Notes under the pieces: model-generated
The model's input: only the letters and a program-made list of their open reading frames with translations
Told to the model about the DNA's origin: nothing
Databases searched by the model: none
Part shown: one piece after another, positions 50,880 to 64,000 of the stretch
Layout of the letters: each line of letters begins with the position of its first letter
Numbering within the stretch: position 1 is the stretch's first letter
Program-made: the position numbers and the translations under genes
DNA from: Negaprion brevirostris
Taxonomy: Eukaryota
NCBI GenBank assembly: GCA_030324005.1
Contig: JARDVH010000025.1
Span: forward strand, 72,955,791-73,019,790
Length of the DNA: 64,000 nt
Reading direction: 5' to 3'

Positions 50880-52920
50880 TGCAATTCTGCATCTATTATG
50901 GGGGATTTCAATCTGCACATTGATTGGATGACCCAAGTCGGACACGGTGGGCTTGAGGAAGAGTTCTGGAATGCTGTCGGGGTAGTTTCCTTGAACAGTG
51001 TGTGATGGAACCAACAAGGGAGTGAGCTATCTTAGATCTGGTGTTGTGTAACGAGGCAGGAAGAATTAGGGATCTTGTTGTGAAGGATCCTCTTGGGACG
51101 AGCGATCATTGTATGGTTGAGTTTTTGATGCAGATGGAGGATGAGAAAGTAGGGTCCCGAANNNNNNNNNNNNNNNNNNNNNNNNNNNNNNNNNNNNNNN
51201 NNNNNNNNNNNNNNNNNNNNNNNNNNNNNNNNNNNNNNNNNNNNNNNNNNNNNNNNNNNNNGTATGAGAAGAGATCAGCTGAAAATATAAATGGGAATAT
51301 GAATTTTTCATAAACACATTATAGAGAAGCACAGGTGTTTAAGGTGATATTTTGTAACTCAAACGTACATTCTACTGAAAAAGGCGGACTAAGGGAAGGA
51401 AACACCGGTGGCAAACTAAGGGAGTTGATGTTACCACAGTGAAAGAAAAAGTATACAATGCTACAAAGAATAGTCATAGGCCAAAAGATTGAGAACATTT
51501 TAGAAACCAAAACGATGACTACAAAAAAAGGATACTAGAATTACAGCAAACCAGCAAGAAACAAAGAAACAGACTAAGAGTTCCCATAAGTATATCAAAG
51601 CAAAGTAGCTAAAGTAGAAGTTCGTCCCTTAGAAAATGAGATCGGGGAATTAATAATGAGAAAAAAATGACAGACTTTAGAGTTGAGACACCAAAAGACA
51701 TCCTAGCAAAGGGCAAAAAGGAGAAATGAACTTAAAACAATCAGAATCACTTGAGAAAAAAATACAAGGAAAACTAATGGGGACTCAAAGCTAACAAGTT
51801 CAATGCACCTGATGGCCTACATGGAATGCTTGCAAGGATACTGGATGTGTTGGTTGTAATTTTCCAAAATTTTGTACATCCTGGAACGGTCCAAGCGGTT
51901 TGCTAAGTCACAAATTTAGCTCCTCGATTCAAGAATGGAGACAGAAGCCAGGAAACTATAGATTAGTTGAACATGTCATAGGGAAAATGCTAGAATCTAT
52001 TTAGCAAAAAGGGAAATATGGTTGACAATTTCATTATAGAGTTCTGAGGATGTAACAAGCAAGGTGGGTAAAGGGCAATGAGTAGATGTAATGTCTTGGG
52101 ATTCCCAAAGGGCATTCAGTAAGGTGTCACACCAAGGTAAGAGCTCACAGGATTGGGGTAATACATGAGCATGGTTAAAGGACTGATTAACAGGAAAGTC
52201 AGGATAAATGGGTCAGATTAGCAAATTGTAATAAGTGGAGTAGCACAGGGTTCAGTACTGGGGCTCCAACTATTCACAATCTTTGTTAATACCTTGGATG
52301 AAAGGACTATGTTTTGTAGCCAAATCTGCTGAAAATGCAAAGGTAAGAGAGCAAGTTGTAAGGAAGACAAGAATCTGCAAAGGTTAACCGAGGGATCAAA
52401 AAATTGGCATATATCCAATGGAATATAACGATGTCCACTGTGCCAAGGATAGAAAAACATATTTAAAGACGACAGCCAAATGTTGCAGTACCAAGGGGTC
52501 CGGGTGTCCTACAAGTAGTCAGCATGCAGCTATAGAAAGAAATTAGGAGGACAAATGGAATGATGAGATTTATTGCAAACAGGATGGAGTATGAAAGTAG
52601 GGATGTCTTTCTACCACTGTGCAGAGCACTGGCAATACCACATTTCAAGTACTGCACAGAGTTTTGGTCTCAATATTTGAGGGCTTGCATTACAGGCAAG
52701 TCAGTCAAGGTCAACTAGCTTCGTTCCTAGGATGAAAGCTTGTTCTTTGGAGGAAAGGTTGAGCCTAGTGAGAAGTGATCTTACTGAAATAGAGGATTTG
52801 GAGGGACTTTGACAGGGTAAATACTGAGAAGATGTTTCCTCCCCTGGGGAAACTAAGACTAGGAGAAATTCCTTCTCAGAGGGTCATTAATTTTCAGCAT
52901 TCCGTATCCCAGAAAACTGC
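50880..52920 (+). mobile_element. Long degenerate CR1 LINE (endonuclease to RT to 3' end), spanning a gap; a minus-strand CR1 3' end follows at about 52925-53140
   Basis: IIMGDFNLHIDW; ILDLVLCNEAGRIRDLVVKDPLGTSDHCMVEF; GGAGTAGCACAGGGTTCAGTACTGGGG (GVAQGSVLG). Confidence 0.85.
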
Positions 52921-54629
52921 AGCACAATTACAGACCCTTTAGCCCTCCAAGCCTGCAGCAACCAAGCCGCCTGATTGAATTAAAGCTTCCTACTCTTCCA
53001 GGGACCATATCTCTCTATTCTCATCCTATTCATGTATTTGTCAAGGTGCCCCTTGAAAGTCACCATCATATCTGCTTCCATGATCACCCTGGCAGTAAAT
53101 TCCAGGCACCCATCACCCTCTGTAAAAAACTTGTCTCGTCAAGTTAAGGGGAGATTTAATGAAAGCGCTCAAAAGTAAGTTCAGTAAATAAGGAGAAACT
53201 TTGAATTTGTAGTAGACTCAAACATGACAACACATATTTAAAACTGGCCAGACCAAAAACTAAAATTTCTTTAAATTTATAAAAGCAGTGAGTTGCTATG
53301 ATCTAAAATGTAGTGACAGAGTTGTGGAGGCAGATTCTTAACATTAAATTTGAGTTATACATTTTTACCATTTGCTTTGGTACCGTAATGTTGGTAAAAT
53401 GGACTGAAAATCATGACAGCGCAATGCAAGGCACAGCAGCAGAAGTGGGCAACATTAAATAAGTGCACACAATGTCAGCTTGAGATCACAAGCATTAAGA
53501 TTATGGCCTGGAAGTGTGAAGATGGAAGAAATTGAAACCGATTTTAAAAAAGCACTTAGAAAGAAAATGAGTCCAATGAGAGAGAGGAGAGGAAAAAAAT
53601 ACAGGCCAGGGAGTGTCACATCAGCATAGAATTATCATGGATACAATCTGTCAATTAAAAGATGTAGATTTTGTAATTTAGAACTGCTCTAAAATACTGA
53701 CACTGCAGTTCGTGGATATCGGTTTAAAGTTCTGTATGTGAATTAAAACATGAAAATCCAGAAAAATTAACTTCTTAAAATGTACCTGATCACAAACAGT
53801 TAACGCCCATATGACATGTCTAGTATATGACTCAAGGTTTCAATTTCAGAATACAAATGGATAGAAGCCACAGGATTTTGCTTCCAGCTCATTTCAACTT
53901 ACTGTGTGAACCACGTTAAGTACAGTAAATAAGCATTACTCCATTTGTGAATGGCATGTTAACTCAAGTTATATTGGAACTTATTTAAAAAACACGCTAG
54001 TGGAATATTATTTCACAAAGCATAGGAGATCCAAAGCTATAAATTGCTTCAAAGCGTGACATTTAATACAGTTAAGGTCAGCAAATCCAACTGTTCATGA
54101 TTCTTGTACTAAAATAAAAATTCATCAACCTCCATTTCTCAAAGTTAAGATATTTTCTTGAACTGTTTACTAGGCTCCTGAAATAGAAATGAACATTGTG
54201 TTTTACTTGGTATTGATGTCAGCAAAAAATAAAACCAGGCTCTACACAATTTGAATCCCAGTTGTCAAACAGTTTTGCAAATACTTTAGTCATTAAGTAC
54301 AATGTGCAGCATTACAGAATGTCTTTCACTGCATTACAATTAATAACTTGTTTAATAAACTTGTATTATAATCTTCACACAATGTAAAAAATATTCTGGT
54401 TTCAACAGGATTTCATTCATTAGATAACTGCGACAGATTGGGCAGCATTGAGTGGCATATGTCAACTGAGGTGTGAGCACAAAATGTGGAAGTCTTAGCT
54501 GCTATCTTTTTAAAATGCAATTTGCTGATTAGTCAAAAATCCACAAATAGATTCTCCCAGTTTTGTCAAACTTGTCAAAAATCGATTGTGATCAAAAATT
54601 TAAACCATAAATTAAATTCTCAGATTATG

Positions 54630-54754
54630 GGCGAGATTTTATGGCCTCACTCATCCCAAAACTGTAAAATACCGCCCAAGGTCATTGACCTTTCCATGCT
54701 CCTTCCCTTGCCCACTCCAATTATTGTGGCAGGTGGGACGGTAGAATTCCAGCC
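54630..54754. mobile_element. Short MITE-like element with GGGC/GGC-starting imperfect inverted ends (possibly PIF/Harbinger-derived)
   Basis: GGGCGAGATTTTATGGCCTC ... GGGACGGTAGAATTCCAGCC; similar ends near 7073-7370 and 34762-34820. Confidence 0.4.
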
Positions 54755-57700
54755 TACGTCTCTTGAATCCACTAGTAACAGAACTGTAGGAGAACAGAAG
54801 CAATTTAACACGACAATATCATCCTCAGGTAATGCAGTTTTTCTCTCCCAGACTCCAATGTAAAGGTTTAATGCAAACATTTATTCCATTGAAATGAAGA
54901 TTATTAATTGGGGGTACAGAATTTTACAAGTGTCAGAACTTAACAGAAATTCCTGGTTCCCCCTCCACATTGATTTGGCAGGCTGAAATATTGAGACCAA
55001 GTACATTGGATCCTATTCTCACTAAAAGCCTACTTCATGCAAGGGATGAGCAAGAATCCCATCCTGCTTCCGCACTCAACTCAAGATCAGACAAGAGATC
55101 ACAGGTAGGGCAGGGCTGACCCTGCAGTCTCCACGGTGATGAATGCTAGATAAAAAAATCACTGGATTGGAACTGAGGAAAAAAGTACTATGCCAAACTA
55201 TCACAACTACACTGGTTTAAATCAATAACCAAAAATGACAGCTACTTGTAACCCAAGTTCTTCAGATAGATGCAAACTGTCAAATGTAAACCGATTTTAC
55301 AACTGGAGAGAAATGAGCATTGCCACGTTTGTAATTTGACAGATGAGGAAGCTCCCTGCATTAACAGCTCTGCCTGACATTCACTTTTAGACAGGAAACC
55401 ATCTGACATATCAGAATGTTATAGAATCAGTCAATCACATTTTACTTGGAGAAGGTTCATGCGGACAGACACTGAATACACAAGGACTTCATCAGGAACA
55501 TGCAGAGGTGAAGTTGCATGGTTTAGTTGGAGACAGCACATAAACCTTGCAACAATTCATCTGCCTAACCCTCAAACCACCACCAGTTCCACTCGTGGCT
55601 GAGTCTGCAGATTGGACTTTCATTGATCTCAGAACCCACTGAATCAAAATGGAAACAAGTCATCCTTGACCCTGAAAGGTTGCTTTCAAGGAAATAGTTT
55701 TGTTATTCTTAAAATCGTAGGATATTTTCCAATTCAGTATCACAATGACGATACATCTACAATATGCATTCCATGTTGCTACAGCATATCCAGCAAAATG
55801 ACACAAGGATCATGCCAAAGGCCCTTACTCTAACCTGCTGCTGGAATGTATCAAGTGCCATGGAACCATAAGGCATCAAACCAAGTAACTTAAATTTACA
55901 CAAGTCAAAAGGAACAAACCACATGTAAAAAGGTACATCACTGCTTGATACAAAAAGGCAACACTTACTTTCTCAAGACTTGAAAATATGAACTCACTCC
56001 AACAGACAGTATTTGACATTTATTTCTGTTTGCTGCTCAAAACTCAAAGACACAACTATGAGCCAAAATCCTGAAACTTTTGCTGAAGATGAATAGCCGG
56101 GCTAAAAGGCCCAATTCAATTTGTAATCGGAGAACTACTTACTGAGCTGGTGGTTCAGAGGGACAGAAGCCAATTGCCTTAAAAAGGTTTCAGAAACAGC
56201 TGCCAGTAAGGCTGAAGTCCAATTCTTCAAGATCAAGATGTCAGGGGAACAACCAAGAAACAATCAATGTACGAATCTGATAGCAACATTTGGCAATCTG
56301 GTCTACACAGCTAATCTTGGGCAACAGCATATGATGGGAAACTCAAAAGTTAACATCTGAGATAACATATTGACCACAAAAATCCCAAGTCCTTAACAGC
56401 CAAACTATTTAATATTTTCAGTATGCTCATGACTGACAATGCAGTTCTTCTTGCCTGCATCCATGAGGATCTCAGTACAACTGAATGTAAATGTATTACA
56501 GACCAACACAAAAGATAGGAGGCAATGTTCCAGAAATAGGATAAAATTGATATTTGAGAATATTCCTCCAAAGGAATCTAGAAGAACTACCCTTGCATTA
56601 AATTAACACAAAACAAATGAAGGAATATCTGGTGCACTGCCAATAGATACAAAATTAACTATTTAAGGGATGTAGAGCAGGGTTCAGATGCTCCTTTGTC
56701 AAGAAATTTTTGAAATAATAGGCAATAGTACTGCGCTCTCAGTGAAATTTCAATGGAAGGGCAATAAGAAAAATATCTTCCAGTCATTATTTCAGCAGAA
56801 AAGCTAATTGATCAATTATGCCAACATTTGCACAACATACTAACTTGAGGTTGAACATACAAGCAAATCAACCATGATCTTATGGAATGGTGGAGCTTGC
56901 TTGAGGGGCTCAGTGGCCCACGCTGGCTCGTAATTTGATATACGATATACTCTACCTTTGTGGTAAATTCAAGCTCTATACACTATTTCTGCAAAAGTAG
57001 CAAAACCCAACAGGTCATGGCTTACATATAATTCTCTCACATGGCAATGGCTACTGTTCTTCATTAATTAGCTGGAGGAAGTGTGGATTTAGATCCTTGT
57101 CAGATAAACAGCTGGGAAATATAACAAAGACCCTTGGATTAAATGAAGGAGGCATAAAGATACAAGTTAAGGAAAGACAGATGCTGCATCAACATCAGGC
57201 TACTGCAATTGTATTAATTCATATTATCCATTCTAACTCTATACAAATGTCATTAACTGATACAGGTAAATAAAAACCAGTAGCGTAACCTCATTACATC
57301 GCATAATACCATACTAAAACATACAACAATCTTAGACTGGACTTAGTGCAGAACCCAACTACCATTGCTCCTCAAAACACACAACCAACAATTGAACATG
57401 TTCAACCAATTAGTATTCACCATTTTACCTTGTATATTTCACAATGTTTCATCACGAATATTCAAAAGTAGCATTCAGACATGGGATGCAATGTGATTGT
57501 GCAATTCAAAGTATTAAATGCTCAAATCTGAAGAATGGGAAAAAAATATACTAAATCTCTCAGGCCGCGGTACTATCTGTTCAGACTGAAGGCACGAGTC
57601 CTGCCAGACTGAGCTTGAGACAATTAAAAATCTTCCTTTACAAACAATATGAAACATGTGTCAACTGAGAAAACAACAGACAAAAGGGAATACTGTTTCA

Positions 57701-57769
57701 TTTTAAAAAGAGCTATTTATCTTTGGGACTTTGTATTCACACACATTTTGGTTACCAATAACATTTAGG

Positions 57770-58590
57770 TGCACTGAACTGCGAAGAGAATAATGTAGAA
57801 CTTCAAAAGAACAGACAGGTTGGAATGGGCAAGTGGCAGATAAACTTTGATGCAGCGAGGTGCAAAGTGATTAATTTTGACAGGAAGAACACGAAGGCAA
57901 TATAAAACATGCAATTCTCAAGGAGGTGCACAGGCAACAAGGTGACACTACAGGCTGAGAGCACAGATAAATTGTAAGAAAACATAAAATATAACAGGGC
58001 ATAGAGTACAAGAGCAAGGATATGTTAAACTTGTGTAAAAGTTTCTGCCTTAACTGACAGTGTTTTCTAATCTGAGCACTGCGCTTTAGAAGTTGAGGGC
58101 AGAAGAATGAGAATTTTTGCACGGATGAGGAACTTCAGTTACGCAGGTAGATTGCAGAAGATCATGAAGAGGCTTCAAGGTGATTTAGACAAGTTGAGTG
58201 AGTGGAAAATATAGCATAGTATGGACAAATATGAAGTTAACCAGAATGGCAGAGTATTATTTAAATATTGATAAATTGGAAAACAGTGACAAAGGGATCT
58301 GGGTGTCCTTGTACACCAGTCACTGAAAGCAAGCATATAGGTACAGTAAGCCATTAAGGAATGGCATGCTGGCTTTCATTGCAAGAGGACTTCAGTACAG
58401 GGCCTTGGTTAGGCCACATCCACGTGCAGCTTTGGTCTCCTTTCCAAAGGAGGAATGGACTCACCATGGAGGGAGTAGAGCACAGGTTCACCACACTGAT
58501 TACTGGGATGGCAGAATTGTCAGACAAAAGAGATTGCATTGATTGGGCCTGTATCGCATGGAATTTAGAAGACCGAGGGGATCCAATTAA
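57770..58590 (+). mobile_element. Two overlapping degenerate CR1 RT C-terminal fragments
   Basis: GAATGGGCAAGTGGCAGATAAACTTTGATGCAGCGAGGTGCAAAGTG; GHIHVQLWSP...MEGVEHRFTTLITGMAEL. Confidence 0.75.
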
Positions 58591-59919
58591 AATCCATTCT
58601 CCAGGCCATTGTTTGCCCCCAAACAGGAGTCTAGGAAGGAAGCTGAAAGAGCCCACTCTTCCTTCTATCCCAAGGAACTGACCATGTGAATTTTAATTTT
58701 TTGCTTCTTTCTTGCCACATCCCAAATACCTATTTCTGAATAACCCAACCCTTTCCACATCACAACCCGATTCCACCCATTTCCAAATACCATCCTATAT
58801 ATGCCACTGAAAGCTGAAGCTCTAAATCTCTCCTCCATCTGTAACCCAAAAAGCTTATTCAATTCACTGACTGGTAATGTTGACAGGGTCCCTTCACCAC
58901 CTAGCAGTTCTTGCTCTTTACCTCCAACACATTCATGTGATCTGCAATATTGCTCAGCTAACTCAACTGAGTTGATTTCCTGAGCTTCCCATATGATCTC
59001 ACTATAATACAACCGTTTTTGGTTTAACGTTGCACAAGTGCGTAATTTCAGATCTGCACTACTGAACTGGCAAAACAAAAAAGAAAGCTTGAAACAAGTT
59101 TTCAATGAATAACAAATTTCAATATTGATCTCTACCACAAAATAGGCTGGTGGATTTGGAAGGCACTTTCAGGAACGTCAGTCTATTAAAGAGTCCAGAA
59201 AAACTCCCCAAGACTGGTGAATAAAAGCCAGGACAACTCAACAGGTCTTTCAACCCAAGACAGGTGTGTACATGCATGGAGGGATATGTGGAGGAGGGAG
59301 AAAGTCAAATAAAATTACCATTCCACACAAAAAAAGGGGGCATGTTTTGGACTTCACCAATGCACAGTTAAGGCAGTTGAGTAAAGTGTTAACATTTACT
59401 TTCTGTACCCATTTTAGACAATTCATTGCATTGAAGAAATGGAGACAGCATGTTATAAAATCAAGCTACATAAACTCAGCTCACTGAATGGAAAGGTCAA
59501 TGATTGAAGGGAAAGTGAGCTGAAGAAAATTACTGGTATAACACAGGATAAACTGTCACTTTTGACATCTTCCACAGTAGTCCAATTTTATTTGCAAAAT
59601 AATTGTTACCAATTAAGTAACTGTTTTAAACAATGGTAGATACCATACACAAATTGCGTACTCAAAGTGAATTAAATCAGCCAAAGTTAACAGCAAGGAA
59701 ATAAAATAAGCAAAAAGTAATGGAATTTAATTTTGGCACATTCCATGATTTTGTTCCTCAGCTCAGCAATGGAAGGTGACAGATTTGAGAAAAATCACAC
59801 GTGTGAAGAGATTTGAATACGAGAGAATTTCAAATCAGAGGCATTGAAGGACTGAGTCAGTGTAGATCAAAAAGCATGAGGGCAGATGAGACAAATTTGG
59901 TTTGAACTGATGTTTGGAG

Positions 59920-62330
59920 CAGTGTTTTTCAAACTTTTTCCCCCCAGGCCCACTTTTGCCAACTGGTTGACTTCCAGGACCCACATCAAGTTCATTTACC
60001 TTTATAATGTGCCACGTGAGCCTGTTTCTTCATGATCAATGAATGAGCAGACAATCTGCATATCAGGTGCAGATTTCAGTTGGTTCCTTTGTGTAGCCTT
60101 TATTTTTCACAACGGAAAATCCCACATTAGCGTGGACATTAACAACGCAATTCTAATTTTACTCAGCACTGTATACTCCTAGAAAATGCTAATCCAAATT
60201 GCTAACAACATTGGACTTGTGGTTGTCTTTAACATCTTGCCACAGATCAAGTGCACGAGCTCAATCTGCTTATTTGGAGTCAGCTTTAAGTTAATAATGA
60301 GCTCAGAATCTCAAACTCAAACTCAAACTGGTTTTTCACACATCTTTTTCAAAATCTGAATAGTGACAAAACTTGGTCAGTGCAGCCAGGTGCAACTGAA
60401 TAAGGCCTACTGACAGTGCCCTTATTAACACTGTCTTTTTTGATATGCTGTAGCAGTGTGGGGAACATGTAATAGTTTTGGCTTTTTACTGGCATTTGCC
60501 AAATTTTCAATTACTTTTGGAAAGAAATAATTTGATCTCAGTGCCGAAAGCAATAACCATTTCTTCACAATTTAAGGTTCAATTCTCGTTTAGAATTGAA
60601 AAGATGTCTGCAAGGTAATACAAAGCATCCAGTTTTCATCACCAGATAAATCAGCCAGAGGGAATGATTTCTCAAGGAGAAAAGTGTGGATTTCGTACCT
60701 CAGTTTATAAACTGTCAAACAATTCAACCCCTTGACAGCTAATGTATCTCATGTGGAATAATGGGTGTAATGCATCTCATGTGGAATAATGGGTGTGCTC
60801 TGCCTACATTTCAAAATATCAACTCAAAAAGCCTGGTATTGAGCACGCTGCGTTTGATAAAATTCACAACTCCTTTCAATACCTCAAGATTGGATGGAAT
60901 TCCTTTCAATGCTTTATCCACTGCAAGGCATTAGCAATGATAGCAAACAACGTCCTGACCAGCTGCCTCCTTAATGGGGATGAAGTAGAAAGGGTCGAGA
61001 GCTTCAAGTTTTTAGGTGTCCAGATCCGGTCCCCTACGCTGACACGATAGTTAAGAAAGCCCACCAACACCTCTACTTTCTCAAAAGACTAAGGAAATTT
61101 GGCATGTCAGACACAACCCACCCACTTTTACAAATGCACCATAGGAAGCATTCTTTCTGGTTGTATCACAGCTTGCTATGACTCCTACTCTGCCCAAGGC
61201 AGCAAGCAATTACAGGTTATGAGTGTAGCCCAATCCATCATGCAAATTAGCTTCCCATCCATTGACTCTGCACACACTTCCCTCTGCCTCAACAAAGCAG
61301 CCAGCATAGATAAGGACCCCACGCAGCCTGGGTATTCTCTCTTTCACGTCCTTCCTTCGGGAAGACAACAAAAAGTCTGAGGTCACGTACCAAATGACTC
61401 AAGAACAGCTTCTTCTCTGCTGCGGTCAGACTTCTGAATGGACTTATCTTGCATTAAGTTCATCTTTCTTTACGCCCTAGCTATGACTGTGACACAAAAT
61501 TCTGCACTCATTTCCTTCTGAGTGGTATGTTTTGTCTGTATAGTGTGCAAGAAACACTTTTCACTGATTCAAATATAATTTTGCTGTTTTTTTTCCAGTC
61601 ATGTTGGGTGCCCCATCGCTTGTCATTCCTTTGCAATTTACCAAGGCGAGCTTGCACTTTTCAACCATAGAATTCTTCCAAGCTTCAAAGAGCTGTGCAT
61701 CAGTTGCACTCATTGGTAATATCATGCATCACAGCTAATGCTCAAATTCATTGTGCCAGTCATAGCTAATTTAAACTAGCAATCTGTAAACATCTGCACT
61801 TGCATCCAGTTGTATTAAAAATGGCCATCCTAACTTTAAACGAGAAATAAGCTGTACTTCTAAATTCTCAGCAATATCTCAAACTGCAAGGTGCATTTCA
61901 TTTTTTCAGCGGATCTCTCAACTAGGACCATGCAAACCATGCTGCAGGGAGAATTAATCCCTCTAAGTGTGGGGCATTTTCTCTTTGGCTCTGTGGTAAG
62001 GTACAGCTTAAGAGATTGCCTGAAGATTTTAAACTCTTTATCAGTGTTTCCTCACATAACACATGGGCTTTGCATGTTGATGTGCGTTGGCACAATGAAA
62101 AAAACCAAACCTCAAAAAATCTCTACAATGCTTGATTCTTGATTTTAGTTTCTTCTTTGCAGGCTGTTGACTGGAGGCCCTCCCTCTCTGTACAGAGGTA
62201 ACAGTAGCATTGCTCTCCCCTGTCATGGACTCTCTGGAGCAGCTCTCTCCAGCAGATTCCAATACGAGATCCTGGCTTATTGATGTCTCTATCTCTTTTT
62301 TGCAACAAAACAATCCATGTCCGCAGTCCT
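59920..62330 (-). mobile_element. hAT DNA transposon fossil, Buster/Charlie group; near-complete pseudo-transposase
   Basis: Minus-strand motifs in order: MDCFVAKKR (ATG 62318), BED-finger-like DFLRFGF...KPMC, DIAENLEVQLISRLK...IQLDASADV, DGAPNMTGK, HCFIH (inverted), VVNFIKRSVLNTRLFE, LSRG, YLADIFSILNE, QRNQLKSAPDM...KKQAHVAH. TIR-like CAGTGTTTTTCAAACT at 59920; the other TIR was not found. Confidence 0.88.
60971..61566 (+). mobile_element. 5'-truncated Rex1/Babar LINE inserted in the hAT fossil
   Basis: NGDEVERVESFKFLGV; FYKCTIGSILSGCITACY; splits the transposase between DGAPNMTGK and KEAAGQD. Confidence 0.88.
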
Positions 62331-63754
62331 CTTATCTTGCTCACAAGTGAAAGGACCTAACCTCCCCAGTGAAATCGCTCCAAAAGCATGTCCATATAGG
62401 GCACATAACATCAAGTGTACTGGAAGTGTGCGCTAATGTGCTCACTATTGCCTTTTAATTATGTTTGTTTCAAATTTTCATCTTACCAAAAAACCCAATA
62501 AGGATTCAATTCAGAACCTATGAACGTGTAAAAGCATACTTACCACATAGAATTCGGCCAATGGCACAGCACACATCAAGAAACTCCATGGAACATAAAG
62601 GTGGCCATACTGGAATATGGGCTAACTCAGGTGTTTATTCCCTCACTCTGTTGCTATTCTATGTAATAAGAGTTCACATTGAAGAATCTGAAGCATGAAT
62701 TCCTGTGCTTTTTGTAATCATGACCTCAAGTAGCTGCTGAGGACATAGTGAAATCTCTCCATCCAGTAAATGGTGACTTTCTGATCTCGCTTTCTCACCT
62801 GCTGCAGATTCTGTTTCTGTGAACTGCATTAACATATGTACAAGGCTAAACTCTGGTATTCCAGTCAGACATGAATATTACTTGTGTGTGTATGTTGGTC
62901 TCAGCAAAAGGACAGTGGAGAGCAAAATCGTGGCCTTGATCTGCATATCTCCCCACTTGGTAAATTCTGTGCTTCTGTTCACGACCCAACCCCAGGTTTA
63001 ACCCACCATCTATGCCGAAAATTCACACCATAGAATCAGTCGGGCCTGTCAATGCTCCACATGCTTTGTACACATTCAGGTTCATGTACGGCCTTATGTT
63101 AGAGCTTGTCTAAAGTAAGGCACATCTTGCAATTGCAATTTATAAATTCAGTTGGGATGGTTATGTTAATTTTAGGGTGCAGCGGTTCTCAGGCTCAACA
63201 TCGTTATTGAATCTACAGTCAAAAAAATGCACTGTTGAGCGTTCACCAGGTCCACTCAGATGAGGCAGAAAGAGCCAATGCTATGAAGGGAGAAGTTGTT
63301 AGTCCTCATCACGGAGATGGTATGGGATCATGATTTGAGCTTAGGATCAAATCGGATGCCATGATCCCAAATAATCAGCTTCAATTTGACAAAGTGACAG
63401 TATAGAATAAATGACAAGGGTACAATGCCTACAGTGAGAGTCAAAGGTAATAGTTTTGCTCCTCAATGTTTAATTAAATACAAAGCAGTTCAACCAGAAC
63501 TAGATGTCAGAAAAGCAGGACCAACACAGGTAATGGCAGTGAAGGGGCTGCTGATAATTCATTTTCTGAAAAATAACCAGCCCAAAACCATAACTTGCAC
63601 TTACAGGGTATTTTCCCATGTAATTAAATTTTCCATATTACTTCACAAAAGTTAACTGAGCCACGAGCTGTTAAACAACACAAACCGAGGGTTTGGTCAA
63701 ATGGTTTTAAGGAGCATTTTAAAAGGAGGGGGAAAGACATGTAGCAAGCTTTAG

Positions 63755-63910
63755 GCCTTGATTTGATTTATTGTCACTGTATTAGAATAGTGAAAAGTAT
63801 TGTTTTTTGCACACTATCCAGACAATGCATTACTGTACATAGAGAAGAGGAGGATGCAGAATGATGAGCTACAGTCATAGTTAGGGTGTACAGAAAGGTC
63901 AACTTAATAC
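63755..63910 (-). mobile_element. Rex1/Babar-like LINE 3' tail
   Basis: TTGATTTGATTTATTGTCAC...AGTGAAAAGTATTGTTT, matching 3428-3560. Confidence 0.7.
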
Positions 63911-64000
63911 GAGCCTTGGTAGCTGAGGGATGATCACTAATGAGAGCATAATTAAATTTGGAGACACTCAGGCAAGAATCAGTGGAGCACAGAAGGTACT

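Noticed and set aside
4555-51332. ORFs containing long X runs (e.g. 4555, 6637, 9872, 17227, 33521, 51041)
   Set aside because: Artefacts of translating through N gaps.

Overview
Repeat-rich vertebrate genomic DNA from a gapped scaffold, almost certainly elasmobranch (shark) given HE1-like and Deu-domain SINEs, CR1 and Rex1/Babar LINE fossils and Penelope-type terminal repeats. The main gene is RAB10 on the minus strand: coding exons 2-6 with canonical GT-AG sites plus a long 3' UTR; exon 1 lies beyond the right edge. The standout observation is that RAB10 intron 5 contains, on the same strand, three consecutive intact VPS13B exons with their introns (about 390 codons of the C-terminal region). 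I saw no other VPS13B exons in the window. This is either a genuine transposed or duplicated gene fragment, or a misassembly; the sequence alone cannot decide. Also found: decayed minimal hammerhead-ribozyme motifs in Penelope-like repeats, and a near-complete Buster/Charlie hAT fossil with a 19-bp micro-inversion across its CxxH motif. Exon boundaries were read base by base; repeat boundaries are approximate, and family and gene names come from recalled consensus sequences, not database searches.
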